A DNA stretch of 64,000 bases from assembly GCA_051362555.1 (NCBI GenBank), contig CM120642.1, positions 24,118,001 through 24,182,000 of the forward strand. Direction: 5' to 3'. The position numbers were made by a program, and so were the translations under genes. The stretch comes from Lingula anatina. Its lineage: Eukaryota > Animalia > Brachiopoda. Every line of letters begins with the position of its first letter. Within the stretch, counting starts at the first letter, position 1. This document shows, in pieces, positions 14,101-26,481 of the stretch. The notes beneath the pieces are model-generated. The model saw only the letters and a list, made by a program, of their open reading frames with translations, did not search any database and had not been told where the DNA came from.

Positions 14101-16228
14101 AAAATTATGAATTTAATGAACATTGTGTATCAAACGTTTTGATACGATTTAAATAAATGGACGAGGAGGATTACGGTATTAGGTTCTATTTACCTCTGGC
14201 TTTAACTTCGCCCTGCTATATTAATGAACAAATGTTGCAGATCGTAACAAAAAAAAACTTTCTTATAGTGTTTTATGACATATATGATTTACACATTTGA
14301 TAGTGAAACACTCCTCGACTTTAACAAATCACCTGACGTAAACTGTCTACCCGCGCTCCCCGAAAAAACTGTTTCTTTTAATTTTGAAATGAATTGCTTT
14401 TAAGGCAAAGAAGTCCATTAAACCCTTTAGTCTCAATATCATTGTACAGCATGTTGTAATCGATATTTAAAAAAGTTAATTTTTGTACTCCGCTTTCATC
14501 GAGGATACCTCAAGTTGAGGTTACAATTACGTCGCTCGCCTATGCTACTGGAATATATATTTAAGGACAAATTAAGCTTTGTAAAGTCCCTATTGTCACA
14601 CACCATAGATACTTTATTTTGTCTTGAATGAAAAAATAGCTTCAAATTATCGTTTTGTGCTTAAACCTTTCATTACTTGAACCAAGATCTGTACTATAGC
14701 TACCAAGACGTACATGCATCAAGTTGGGTCTGCTGGGGGAGGGGAGCATTTAAATGATAAACGAGGAAGTCTACCTGCAAAAGCAGCAGCAGGGGTTTAA
14801 ATAATCGATATCTAGACCCCTTTTTCTTTGACAGCAACATAAAAAGTGTTTAGGGAGAAAGTCACACAAAGACCCGACGTTGTTTTGTCTTCAGCATTTC
14901 CTCTTCCTTGTTATCTGCAATTACTTTCGTCAATTAATGAAATCGAGAAAGCAATTAAGTGACGGCACATTGAATATAGTCACTAGGTGCATTTCGCTGA
15001 GTGTTTACAAGATCTAGCGACACATTTTATCGCCACGCGTTCTAGTTTGATTAGTTTAGAAAATTAAACAGTTACTCTGGCGGCTCTCCGTCATTGCTAT
15101 GAATCTGACATCGAATTTAGTCCAAAATATTAGTAAATTCAGAATTATTAGCTAAAACGTAAATTGCCCTAATTTGTCAGATAATCAAAAATGCCGGTGA
15201 TCCACGCGGAGGGTACGCTTTCCTGAAGGTAGCGGCGACGAACGGCGACGATATTTTTCTGAATAGTGAACCTTTATTAGTTACGATAAGCCCCCTTTTC
15301 AACAGGCGCGTTTTATTAATTACTTCATGTCACAAAGTTAATTTATACAGGCAAAACTTTATTCAAGGAAATAGTTTCACGAAATGAACGAGAGTAAAAT
15401 ATAAGTCGGCACAAATATAAGGCATACAACAATGAATCATGTTATGGATCATGTTATGGGCCATGTCGGATTATAATGGCATACCTTGATGCAAAACAGT
15501 CTATCGTTTATTCCACCACGAGTCCCTTTATTTAATGTAATGTATTACTCATTACCCGTTTCATTTGACACTCTCTCTTTTTATCTCCCTTCCCCTTTCT
15601 CTTGTTAGAAGGAGGGTAAATAATTAAGCACTCAAAATATGCATCACCAATCTTCAGAAAAACATAAGTCAACGAACCAGTGGGCTGATCCACAACATCC
15701 GACACAGCAGAATGAATCAAATAACAGCTAGCACAAATTTATATGCAGTTAGCTATAGTGTCACTACGTACATAATCAGCTGCACGCGCGAAGCTGTTGA
15801 ACAAAAGGATAGTTCGCTACGGGAGACCGTTTGTTTACATAAGTACTCTAAGGGAGCGTGGCTACCCAGGCGACCAGGGGATTAGGCTAGTTACTATATG
15901 CCGTCAACAATCGTTTAGCGACCCTATCATTATACACTCTCTCTATTGTATTTTCCACCGCATTAATCGCAGTGTAATCTTCAAATGGTCCACGGGGTAA
16001 ATGTACACATTCTTAATCCTAGTACGGTAATGATCAACACAGCAGTAAATGTTACTGTTTGGGCGTATAGGTACCAGCGTAACAATACCAAATCAGTTAT
16101 GCATCCAGTGCTAAAACAAATGCATATAAAGCTTCTGAAAATAATATTCGCCGATAACTAAAAAGAGGGAAATCATAATTTGTCAATGGCAAATGCCTAA
16201 AACCTTGAGCACGATGAGCAATACCTAC

Positions 16229-16445
16229 TTGCCAAAGTGAAACTATCAGTTGATGCCTAGTTGGAAATTGGCTCCATCTCTGTCGTGGAAGTGGCTAATG
16301 GTATATATTCAACATATCTTATCTGTTGGTGCCTCTTGTTCTCAAACACCCTTGACTGCACCTTGTACGTCCATAGCAGCGAGGCACAGAAAACTACGCT
16401 ACAGAAGGCAGTGAAACACACCCATAACTTCATCAACGCCGTGAC
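16229..16445 (-). pseudogene. Orphan first coding exon (signal anchor) of sulfotransferase copy 1
   Basis: 'LMKLWVCFTAFCSVVFCASLLWTYKVQSRVFE' matches 44068-44281. The first ATG is changed to ACG, and there is an in-frame TAG at 16257-16259 where copy 2 has CAG. Confidence 0.88.
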
Positions 16446-18155
16446 CTGTTTTTGCATGTCAGGAAGCAAAATGGTTGCCATGGCTGCCACTTTCAAAGGA
16501 CATGCGACCAGATGAAGGTACACACACTGGACAATAGAAGTGTCACCACTACTGAACCAATACTTTGGGGAAGATAAATGACTGTGGAATGATATGCTTC
16601 TGGTATCATTTTATTAACATCATATTTCACAAAAAAAAATCACAAAATGAGAACAAAATAAACATTCTACCAAAATATGCAGTTTCAAGTCCAAAATTAG
16701 TACTTAGTGGCATAGCAACGTGACCTAATAATAGGTACCAGTCTACGAGGCAAGGATTCATATAATTGTCTGATACGTTCAAGGCTTATGCTGGCCCAAG
16801 CATGAAAAACTGAATTTAGCAGAGTTTATCTGCTGGTTGGACGGGCATTTGTCAAAAGTTTTGACATATTATTCCACACATTTTCTATTATTGTAACAGC
16901 TCTCACTGTACTTTATTTACGAACCCAAATTTACTCTGTGTGTGAACATGGCAGAAACAAGAAACGAATGTCTTTTAATAAATTACAAATAACTAAAATT
17001 AACTTTATGCTGAACTGAACTAACATAGAAAAATTTAAATGAACAAAATTAATGAACTAAAAATACTTACTAAATTTCTAAACTAAATAAGAATGAAAAT
17101 AAATGATAAGCACTGAAATTATCAAACAAAATAACTTAGAGAAATACAAAATCTTAACACAAAGAAAATGAAAAGCAAAATAATCAAGTCTATCATACCT
17201 GTGTGTGAACATGGCAGAAACAAGAAACGAATGTGCCGCGTAACAAAGAGGGGCGTATTTTATATAGAAACGAAGACACACGGACACAAACGAAAAGGCA
17301 CGAACACACTTCTCTACACTAACACAACCACAATCATACATCATACATACACATGTTACATTATGTTTGCATCCGTATTCTGGGCAGGCCACATCACTCT
17401 GCGAATCTCCTGTTGGTCAAACCAATCATCAACTGCTCTGGGTCTGTGACAAGGAGCATTGTCATCCTGGTGAATAAATGGATAATTCCTGTTACCAAAC
17501 ATGTTAGTAAGAGATGGTAGCAAGCCTGACTCCAAAACGTGGATATATTTCTAATGATTCATGTTTCCATCAACCACTAGCAATTCGCCCACGCCATGGA
17601 TGCTGACGCAGCCCCACATCATGATGAATATGCTGCTCCGGGTTCGAAAATTCAGTACATGTGGTTCAAATGCTTTACCAGCAGTTCGCCAGCATCGTAC
17701 TCGTCAGACCAAAGCGAAACTCATCAGAAAAGAAATATATATGACCAATTGTCATGGACCGTCCAGTTCCAGATCCTGTTGACCCTAGTTCACTCTACGT
17801 TGCTGTTTTGTAACGATATAAGAGGTTTCAGTTTTGCTACCCTGCTGTACACTCTCTGAGCATGTAACCGACGCCTAGCAATTTTCACAGACACATTCTT
17901 ATGTGTGAAAATTTACCACTGTGTTGTCAACTGACAAGCAGTGTCGAACTTTAACAACCTGGACATCAAAATCAGTCGTCGGTCTTCACGGCCAGTAGTT
18001 TTTCTTGGACGACCCATCACAGGTAGTTTGTCTCTTGATCCAGTATTTCTATACCGAGACCAGATCCTCTGCACGGTTCTGACTGAACAATTCAATTATA
18101 TTGATATTCTGACATTGCTTATATTCCGCCTCTTCAGGTTGATAACTTGACGCCT

Positions 18156-21100
18156 ATAACCGTTAGATAATTGCCTGTATCTTGCCATATTGGAGGAAGA
18201 CAGGAATAACATTTGCTGTACATGTACAAGACCAACAATACAATTCCATGGTACATGTAATGCGGTTTTATACGCATTATTAATATTTTCCGCGTTTTGT
18301 TAGTATAGCGGAAAATTATTGTATTCACGGTTTGTGGTGAAAAATGGAGGTGCGTGGAGATGTTTGGGTGGATGACGCAATGAGGTAGAGTTATTGAGTA
18401 GAAGTTCAGTGCACGACCAATGAAGATTGGCGTGGTTGATAGAAAAGGGAGGATACAGGTAATAGTGGTCACTTTCTAGCCTGCTTGCGAAAGAGTGGGA
18501 CCATTTTTCCCAAAAATCATGGACGCCGACTTTCGAGAAGAGATAAGAACCGATGTTCAAGAGGCGATAGCAAAGTCTCAGAATGCAAAGATGACCGAAA
18601 TCAAAGATATCATTTCTGCAGAAATGGGACAAATAATGACAAAAAATAAGTTGTCAGAAAAACATTTGTTGAGGATAGAAGAGTCTATTTTAGCTGGAGA
18701 GACACAAAAGTTCAAAAAGAAAGGGAATAAAGAACAATTTAAGTTCAATGGTGCTCTTATGTTCAAGATTGGTGAAGCTTCCAACACTATTAGCAACGAA
18801 AAGTTAACACAAGGAGATGTTGATAGTTGTAGAGAAAAGTTGGCTGAAGTCATGGAGTCCGTAAAACACAGACAAAAGCTCATAAAATTAGTCGATTCCA
18901 CATGAGGCTGGTTGGCGAGTGGTCAGCGAATACGTTTCTAATCCTCTCTCAGAAGATTCTGATGATGAGAAAAGAATTCTAAAAGCCCAAAGCAGAGCAG
19001 AAAGGAAGATCAAAGCCGAAAAGAACAAAAGGAGGGAGAATGTCCGTTTTCGACCTTATAATTCTACCAACCATAAGGGCAGTCAACCAAGCACTTCAAG
19101 TGGATTTTACAATCCTAGTAATAGTAAGTCAGGGAGATGTTATGGATGTGGAGAAAGAGTGTCCAGAGGACGCCAGTGCGCAGAATAAGATAAGTATATT
19201 TTCATTTGAAAATAATGTGAATTTGCGTCAAGATGATAGAGTAGCGAAATGCTTATCAAATTATGATACTGATGAAAATGTTTTGAAAACAAATTCGGAG
19301 AATACGTCAGTTGACAGTTTGAGAAGTCATTTGACGAAAAACGCTAATGATGAAAATATATTGAAGTTAGATTCGGAAAATACGCCAGTAGGCAGTTTAA
19401 GAAGTCATTTGACGAAATATGACAGTGATGAAAATGCACTGAAGTAAGATTCGGAGAGAACGCCAGTTGGCAGTTTAAGAAGTCATTTGAAGAAATATTA
19501 CAGTGATGAAAATATATTGAAGTTAGATTCGGAGAAAACGCCAGTTGGCAATTTAAGAAGTCATTTGACAGTGAGGTCAGAAATGAATGCAAGTGAATAC
19601 ATATTGGGGGGTCATTCAGAAAGGTTATAGTCTACCGTTTAAAACGGAGCCAGGAGCGGCATGTTTGAAAAACAAATCTGCCAGAGAAAATGAAACATTC
19701 GTTAAAAATGAAATAGATAATTTGTTGAAAAGAAAATGCGTTTCAAAAGTGCCTTATAAACCTTTGGTGGTCAATCCATTGACAGTTGCAATAAGTGGCA
19801 CTGGGAAGAAAAGGTTGGTGCTAGATTGTAGACATATTAACAAGCATTTATATCAGCATTTATATTAATTCAAATACGAAAATGGTGAGACAGCAAAAGG
19901 GTTATTTGAACAAAAAGATTATTTATTTACTTTTGATCTGAAATCAGCTTATCATCATGTAATGATTGCTACAGATTTTGTAAAATTTCTGGGTTTCGAA
20001 TGGGAAAATTGTTATTATGTTTTCAATTTTTTACCTTTTGGAGTGACCTCAGCAAGTTTTATATTCTCTAAAATCATGAGGGAAGTTGTAAAACATTGGA
20101 GGTCAGAAGGACATAAAGTCATTATGTATTTTGATGATGGTATAGCTGGAGCTGAGAGTTTTGAAAAAGCAACTCAGTTAAGTCATTTGATAAAGTCGGA
20201 CTTAGAATGTTTAGGGTTCATTATAGCTGAAGACAAACGTCAGTGGGAACCAGCTCAAAATGTAACTTGGTTAGGTTTGATATGGGATACTTGTATGAAA
20301 AGAGGCATCTTGTGTTTAACAAAGAATACAGTTGAAAAAATATTGCAAAGTATCGAAAATTTATTGACGCATTTGCGTACCTTTAACCGGGTGGTTAAAG
20401 TGAAAAGATTAGCATCAATTACTGGTCAGCTGATACCTACACAGTGTGTGTTTGGTGACAAAGTAAGATTGCGTACATGATGCATATACCAGGTTATAAA
20501 TGAGCGTTTATCATGGGATGGTTATGTATATGTGACGGACAAAGCAGAGTTGAAACATTGATTCATGAATGTCAAAGAGCTCAATGAAGGGGGAAGTCAG
20601 TTTTGTCATTTGACAGAATTTACGGCAGACATTAGAATGTTTTGTGATGCTTCAAGATCAGGCTATGGAGGGTATTTGTTATCAAGTTCAGAGCAATTGC
20701 TAATAGAATCGGCGATGCATGACACTCGGAATGCATGGGAAGTGGCGCAAAGTTCCACATGGAGAGAAACGGAAGCGGTACATAGAGTGTTATTACATAA
20801 TGTTGACTTTTTACAATGCAAAAAAAGTGATAATCAAAAAAATCGATTTCAAGTGATAATCAAAATGTGAAGCGCATTTTAGATGTGGGTATCAGGAAGC
20901 CAAAGCTAAATGATATCAATATGGAAATAGTTCGCATTTGCGACGAAAATGAAATCGTTTTTCAGTCTAAATGGATTCCTAGATCTCAGAATAATGATGC
21001 AGATGAGTTGAGTAGAAAGTCTGATTGTGATGACTGGGGAATTCAGGGGTGGCTTTATGAGGAGTTGGACAGGTTGTGGGGACCCCATAGTTGCGACAGA

Positions 21101-22470
21101 TTCGCTAATTATTATAACAGGAAATGTGAAAATTTCAATTCGAAGTTTTGGTGTAAAAAGAGCAGTGGGACATATGCATTTAAGCAAACGTGGTCAGTTG
21201 ACAATAATTGGGTGGTGTCACCACCAACGTTAATTGTTCGGACAGTTAAAAAATCTATTAAGGACAAAAGTTCACGTACATTAATAATTCCTGAATGGAA
21301 ATCTGCACCATTTTGGCCGGTAATATGGGAAGGTACATTTTTCAAATGGTTTGTGAAAGATCATAGATATATTGAACGTCGAAATGTGACACACAGAGGA
21401 AGAGGAAATAATGGCATATTTGGAAAGCCTTTTCAAAATTTCAGATTTGTTGCAATTAGAATACAATTTTCATTTTTTTTTCCATTAATTTTCAGGTTCA
21501 GATGTAAAATCAAGAGCAGAATTCTTAACTGAAGAAAGTGGTGTGGAGAGGGGATCCTATCTACATGATTTGTCTGCTAAAATGGCTGAGCACATGATGG
21601 ATTCCAAGAGTGTCAATACCCACAGGTTGTATTCCAACTAACAACAGTTTTGTTAAAAATTTGCAAGAATCTGCCAAAAGAACTGCTTGTCCCATAAAGT
21701 CGAGAAAAGATCTAGTATCTGCTCAAATGTTGATTGATCTTTGTGTTAAATATGAATCATCAAATGATTTACATGTTGTTAGAGATCTGTGCATGATTGT
21801 TTTGTGTTTTTCAGGTTTTTTAAGGTACGATGAAATTAGTAATTTATTGTGCTCAGACGTATCTATATTTGACGAATACATAGTTTTATGCATTCAGAAA
21901 AGCAAAACAGATCAGTACAGAAATGGAAATGAAGTATACATTTCCAAAGGTTCTTCTGCAGCTTGTCCAGTGCAAATGTTAAAAAGATACATGACTTTGG
22001 CAGATATTGATTTGAAATCTAACCATTTTTTGTTCAAGTCTATTTTTAGATCAAAAAATGTGTGTAAGCTGATATATAGACAAAGCGGCTAGACAAAGTT
22101 TGATTTCCAAGTTGAAGCTTGTAGGTGGGAGTATGAATTTTGGTTTGCACTCTATGAGATCTGGAGGAGCTACAGCGGTTGGTAATGCTCCTGATGGTAA
22201 GTGATCGGAAGATGGAAATGCGTTACAAGTAAAGACATTTATGTAGTAGACTCGATTGAGAAAAGGCTACTAGTTACAAAGAATCTTGGATTATAAGAAT
22301 TTTATTTGAAAATTTGGTTGTATTCAAAGAAAATATCTCGGTTCCCCATAGTTTTGTTTTTTCTAGCAACATCAGCGGGCTGTCGGCCAAATGTAATTTT
22401 GCGTTTATTTCATTTTGGAGAAAATATAGTGTATACGGCACATTATAAGTAGACCCGGCATTATAACTAC
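18156..22470 (+). mobile_element. Near full-length degenerate DIRS-like retrotransposon (gag, RT, RNase H, adenine methyltransferase-like domain, tyrosine recombinase)
   Basis: gag with a zinc-knuckle remnant 'CYGCGE' (18520-19188). RT 'KKRLVLDCRHIN', 'FDLKSAYHH', 'LPFG', 'YFDDG'. RNase H 'FCDAS', 'SSTWRE', 'WIPRSQNNDADELSR'. MTase-like 'WGPHSCDRFA...NNWVVSPP'. YR 'FSGFLRYDE', 'KSKTDQ', 'HSMRSGGAT'. Confidence 0.93.
19262..19570 (+). repeat. 78-bp x4 coding minisatellite at the start of DIRS pol
   Basis: Units start at about 19262, 19340, 19418 and 19496. Each encodes roughly 'YDSDENILKLDSENTPVGSLRSHLTK'. Confidence 0.9.
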
Positions 22471-23278
22471 CCAAGATCTGCCTACTTTTATTACTCTGAT
22501 GTAGGGGTGTCCAGTGTGTGTAGCAGTGATAAAAGCTGACAGAGAAATGAGTCAGTGTGCGAGCTGAGAATTGTTACAAGAAAAGCTGGGTACAAGTGAC
22601 ATTAACAAGTACCAGTATAACATGATATAAGCAGTGAGTTCTGAAGAGTTAAATTCGAAAAAAAACTTTTTTTACTTTTCAGGTTATTTCATACCGAGCC
22701 ATTTAAGTGACCGTGTGGGGTCATTTACGACCCCAGCCGTATGATTTAATGTGCCATCTCTTTATTTTTTATCCGAATTTTCTTTCCTTGCATGAGTTTG
22801 TAAGTCTACTATAATCCTACACACTTCCACAGTTTTTTTGCAGGGATCAACTAATTAGTGTGGCATATACATCACAAACTGTAATAGGGTCATTTACGAC
22901 CCCGAAGAGGAGCGCTGGTTTTTAAACATTGGTTTTTAAATTTTTTAAATCAGATGTTCCACTTTTTACATGTATCATTACTTTATATTGTGTTGCAGTG
23001 AACATGTGCTTCATGCAACCACCCAGTGTGCCCTGAACATGGCCACAAACAAGTGGTTTGGGAAGATTGTGCCTGAAATGTTACTAATAGTGTATCGCTG
23101 AATCTAATTTTAGTAGCTTTGTTTGAACTTGTTTACATAATTAGGTGTCTCATTTTGACTGTTACAATTTTCAGGTATTTCAGTAATCTAAAGAAGTTTG
23201 TCAATATCATATAGCACATATACAAACAAGTTGATTGAATGTGTTCTGAGTAGGACGACTTCTTTACCAGTATCAGCG

Positions 23279-23666
23279 TAATAGGTACCAGTCTACGAGG
23301 CAAGGATTCATATAATTGTCTGATACGTTCAAGGCTTATGCTGGCCCAAGCATGAAAAACTGAATTTAGCAGAGTTTATCTGCTGGTTGGACGGGCATTT
23401 GTCAAAAGTTTTGACATATTATTCCACACATTTTCTATTATTGTAACAGCTCTCACTGTACTTTATTTACGAACCCAAATTTACTCTGTGTGTGAACATA
23501 GCAGAAACAAGAAACGAATGTCTTTTAATAAATTACAAATAACTAAAATTAACTTTATGCTGAACTGAACTAACATAGAAAAATTAAAATGAACAAAATT
23601 AATGAACTAAAAATACTTACTAAATTTCTAAACTAAATAAGAATGAAAATAAATGATAAGCACTGA
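23279..23666 (+). repeat. Near-identical copy (about 388 bp) of 16729-17116
   Basis: 'taataggtaccagtctacgagg ... aaatgataagcactga' is present at both sites. I saw only about 2 substitutions. Confidence 0.95.
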
Positions 23667-23765
23667 TACTAGTCAGCAAGTCAGCTTATTATTTTTATTG
23701 ATGTGAGCAGGATGCTAGCTCAACATAAGTCAATTTTTTCACTCAAATTTATTTTCTATGATATA

Positions 23766-25914
23766 GGGGAGACCGGGGCTAGTTGGCCCAGTTAGACACT
23801 TTTGGCCTTGTAGAGCCAACTAGGAATGGGTTAGAGTAACAAAACCGGTTTCAAAGTAAGCCCCATTAACTAAGCTACGTATGCAACGTCGTTATTTTTC
23901 AAATATAATACCAGATGGCTCACAATTTGACAAAAAACGCAGTTGACGTCAAGGGGGCCAACTTGCCCCGCCACGGGGCAAATTGGCCCCAGGGTCGGGG
24001 CAAGTTGGCCCCCCTATACGAAAATGAAGTATGTATCCCATCTAAACGCCTTGAAATACATTTTTATACATTATTAATTTATTAAATTGAATTTTGAGAG
24101 TCTTTGATGAATAAATAGTTCAAATGTAGCAGATTTATTGAGGTTTCCGTACGTCATGTTGTGTGTGTGTGTGGGGGGGGGGGGGGTATGTGTTGCAAGA
24201 ACGAAAAGATCAATAAAATTTGTTTTGATTTGATTAAGAATAAATTAATTATGGTATAAAGCAGGCTTTTAATGAATGAAAACGAATAATAAATTTTCGT
24301 TTAAAAGAAAGTAACAAATTAAGTTTTAAACCATTGAGTTTGTTTCAACAATGGTCTCTAGCTAGGGAGAGGTGGAAAATCCCCTTCGGGCCACATATAA
24401 CACTATACATGTAAATACAAAGGAATCCCCTTACTAGTACAATGAAGTAAGGCAAAATAAATGTTTTTCTAAGGAAAGTCCAATGGATTTGCTTTTTAAT
24501 ACATACGATCGAAATAACATTTCTAATATAAATTTTCGAAAAGACGAGAGAGCAAATTAAACTAGACTGCAACTGGCTAAAGCCAGTGGCGGAGGATTCC
24601 CCTGCAAAATAGGTGTGGAAATGCTCTTACAAGGTCATGTGAAGGTCATGGGTTAAATTTGACCCCATATTCTGAAAGAGCATGTGCGAATTGGAGGGAG
24701 GGTCAACAAAACATCACTTTTAGCCCACTTCAATATTTCTCCGTGAAATAGCCGAATAACCTTGAAAATGAGGGTCAAGGTCATATTTTACATTTGATTT
24801 GGGGGTGTTGGGTATATGTTTGGGGTAGTTTACTATAGCATGTTATCACAAAAAACAATATTTCATAGAGAAATTGACAGTCACTATTTCTGTGAAATTA
24901 ATATAATATTTATAAATTTAAAAATCTATATTAAAAAACTAATCGGTCAATTATCAATATTATTAGCGACTGCACTGGACAGATATCTAGGGCAACTTTT
25001 GACATCATCCTTGTGGCTCTGTGACATCTGGTTTACCCCCTGCCGAGTGTCAACCACCTGGAGCATATTTTGCAATAGGTTGACCTTGACCTGACCTACT
25101 TTCCTAAAATTGGGACACCTGATATAGAATTATTGTGTGACCTCACCTATGAAAGGATTTGTCAAAATGTTGAAAATTCTAGGAGATATTGCATTTTGAA
25201 ATTTGCAAAAATTTCACTTTTAAAGGCTCTGTGACCTTGAAAATTTGGTCAAGGTCAATGTAATTGGGTGGACCGGAATAACTTTCATAGGCTATCAATA
25301 TGAATTTTTTCAGAATTTTTGAAAGAAATTTTTTGACGAAAAATAATAAGAAGAAGAAGAAGAAGAAGAAGAACAGGAAAAACAATAGTATTCCCCTATG
25401 GGGAATCCTAATAAAATCAAACAGACGGTAAACACCGGCAAGCTTTGTCAATTTCACCTACTTGTTTATTTCAAACAGCGTTGCGCGCAAAGGACTGTGG
25501 GTAATATGAGGGTCCAACTTGCCCCGAGTTAAGGGGGCCAACTAGCCCCGGGTGCACATTTATTTTAAAGGATGGCAACAATCTATGGTGCTAGAATGAG
25601 CAACGATGAAACATTTCTGTGAAACTTGAAACAATGAGCTTCAGTTTGATGCCCTATACATATTTTATATTCGATCAAAAGCCTATGAGAATAGATTTTT
25701 CAATCTCTTAAACAAAATTACTTTTAGGTGCAAAAATCGTTTATTTGGAATCACCGCTTAATTAAAACTTTTTTACGTCCGACATTTCCTTAACATTGTA
25801 GGCTACGGTCACTTTACAAGAGTATGTGGCCAATTTTTTTTACATCGTAGTTACTTTTTCATAAATTGACGGTGGGCCAACTTACCTCTGGGTCCAACTA
25901 GCTCCGGTCTCCCC
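23766..25914. mobile_element. Non-autonomous TIR DNA transposon with TA TSD
   Basis: TA|ggggagaccggggctagttggccc ... ggtccaactagctccggtctcccc|TA. Internal repeats of 'ggggcaagttggccc' occur in both orientations. Confidence 0.85.
24559..25412 (+). mobile_element. Helentron-associated HINE/DINE-like element
   Basis: Starts 'aaactaga'. Subterminal inverted repeat 'aggattcccc' (about 24593) / 'ggggaatcct' (about 25400), terminal hairpin 'attcccc-tat-ggggaat', (AAG)n microsatellite and 'tgaccttga' core motifs. Confidence 0.7.
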
Positions 25915-26242
25915 TACATTTTCATTTAGTGTGGCAAAAAAAGAGAAATATTTTTGCAAGTGGGAACTGAAAAGGACTGTCTAAATCATTATGTAATGTT
26001 GTTCTTAAAATCTGTGTTTGGTTATTTCTTGCAATAAAAGTATTATTAACAAATACTTATTACATTAGATCATTATAAAATACCTGTCTTAAATGCTGGG
26101 AGTAGTATAGGTGTGATAGGCCCCCATCAGCCTTTTATAATAAGGATCCCTGTACAGAGCACAATGGGGTCATAGATGACCCCACTTGGTCATTTCAGTC
26201 AGTAAAATAGCTTGGTCGGCTGAGGGTTAATTATTAGTAGAT

Positions 26243-26481
26243 TTAGGTAGATTTTATATCCATTGACAGACCTTTCAACATGATAACAATAATATCGAAG
26301 AATCCTGTGATTTCTGGCCAATCAAAAATACCATTTCCATCGCCGTCATCTTTAAACCACAGGCCCTCTGGACAAGTCATCGAAGTGGGAAGCTGGAATC
26401 CAGAGCCGCATTCATAAAACTTGCTGCAGTCATCTGGGTCGAGTACCAGGTCTCCTTTTCTTAATTCAGAGCATCTGTTTT
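26243..26481 (-). pseudogene. Chitin-binding type-2 (peritrophin-A/CBM14) terminal exon, probably degenerate
   Basis: My translation is NRCSELRKGDLVLDPDDCSKFYECGSGFQLPTSMTCPEGLWFKDDGDGNGIFDWPEITGF..., preceded by a 'tttttccaaag' acceptor. It is not in the ORF track. Confidence 0.75.

Larger units (their letters stand above)
16521..22520 (-). mobile_element. Tc1-like DNA transposon with TA TSD, carrying a nested DIRS element
   Basis: TA|cacacactggaca ... tgtccagtgtgtg|TA. The empty site 'gaaggTAgca' is visible in copy 2 (44353-44362). Transposase remnant at about 17340-18155 on the minus strand: 'CSVRTVQRIW', 'GRPRKTTGREDR', 'HQDDNAPCHR', 'WPAQ'. Confidence 0.92.
3560..22665 (+). repeat. Left copy of segmental duplication, expanded by TE insertions
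   Basis: Collinear homologous blocks: 3560-3780~36685-36915; 4500-6860~36950-39457; 7600-8270~39470-40340; 8330-8520~40655-40836; 16140-16520~43980-44359; 22523-22665~44360-44513. Confidence 0.9.
22681..26226. mobile_element. piggyBac-like non-autonomous element (left terminus eroded)
   Basis: Right end '...ggtcggctgaggg|TTAA'. Subterminal palindromes 'ggggtca....gacccc' occur at 22717, 22886 and 26166. Confidence 0.55.

Noticed and set aside
11560-16100. Scattered short ORFs and possible TE ends
   Set aside because: No domain motifs or paired termini were found by eye.
21610-22290. Phage integrase or prophage
   Set aside because: The tyrosine recombinase follows gag, RT and RNase H, so it is the DIRS YR.
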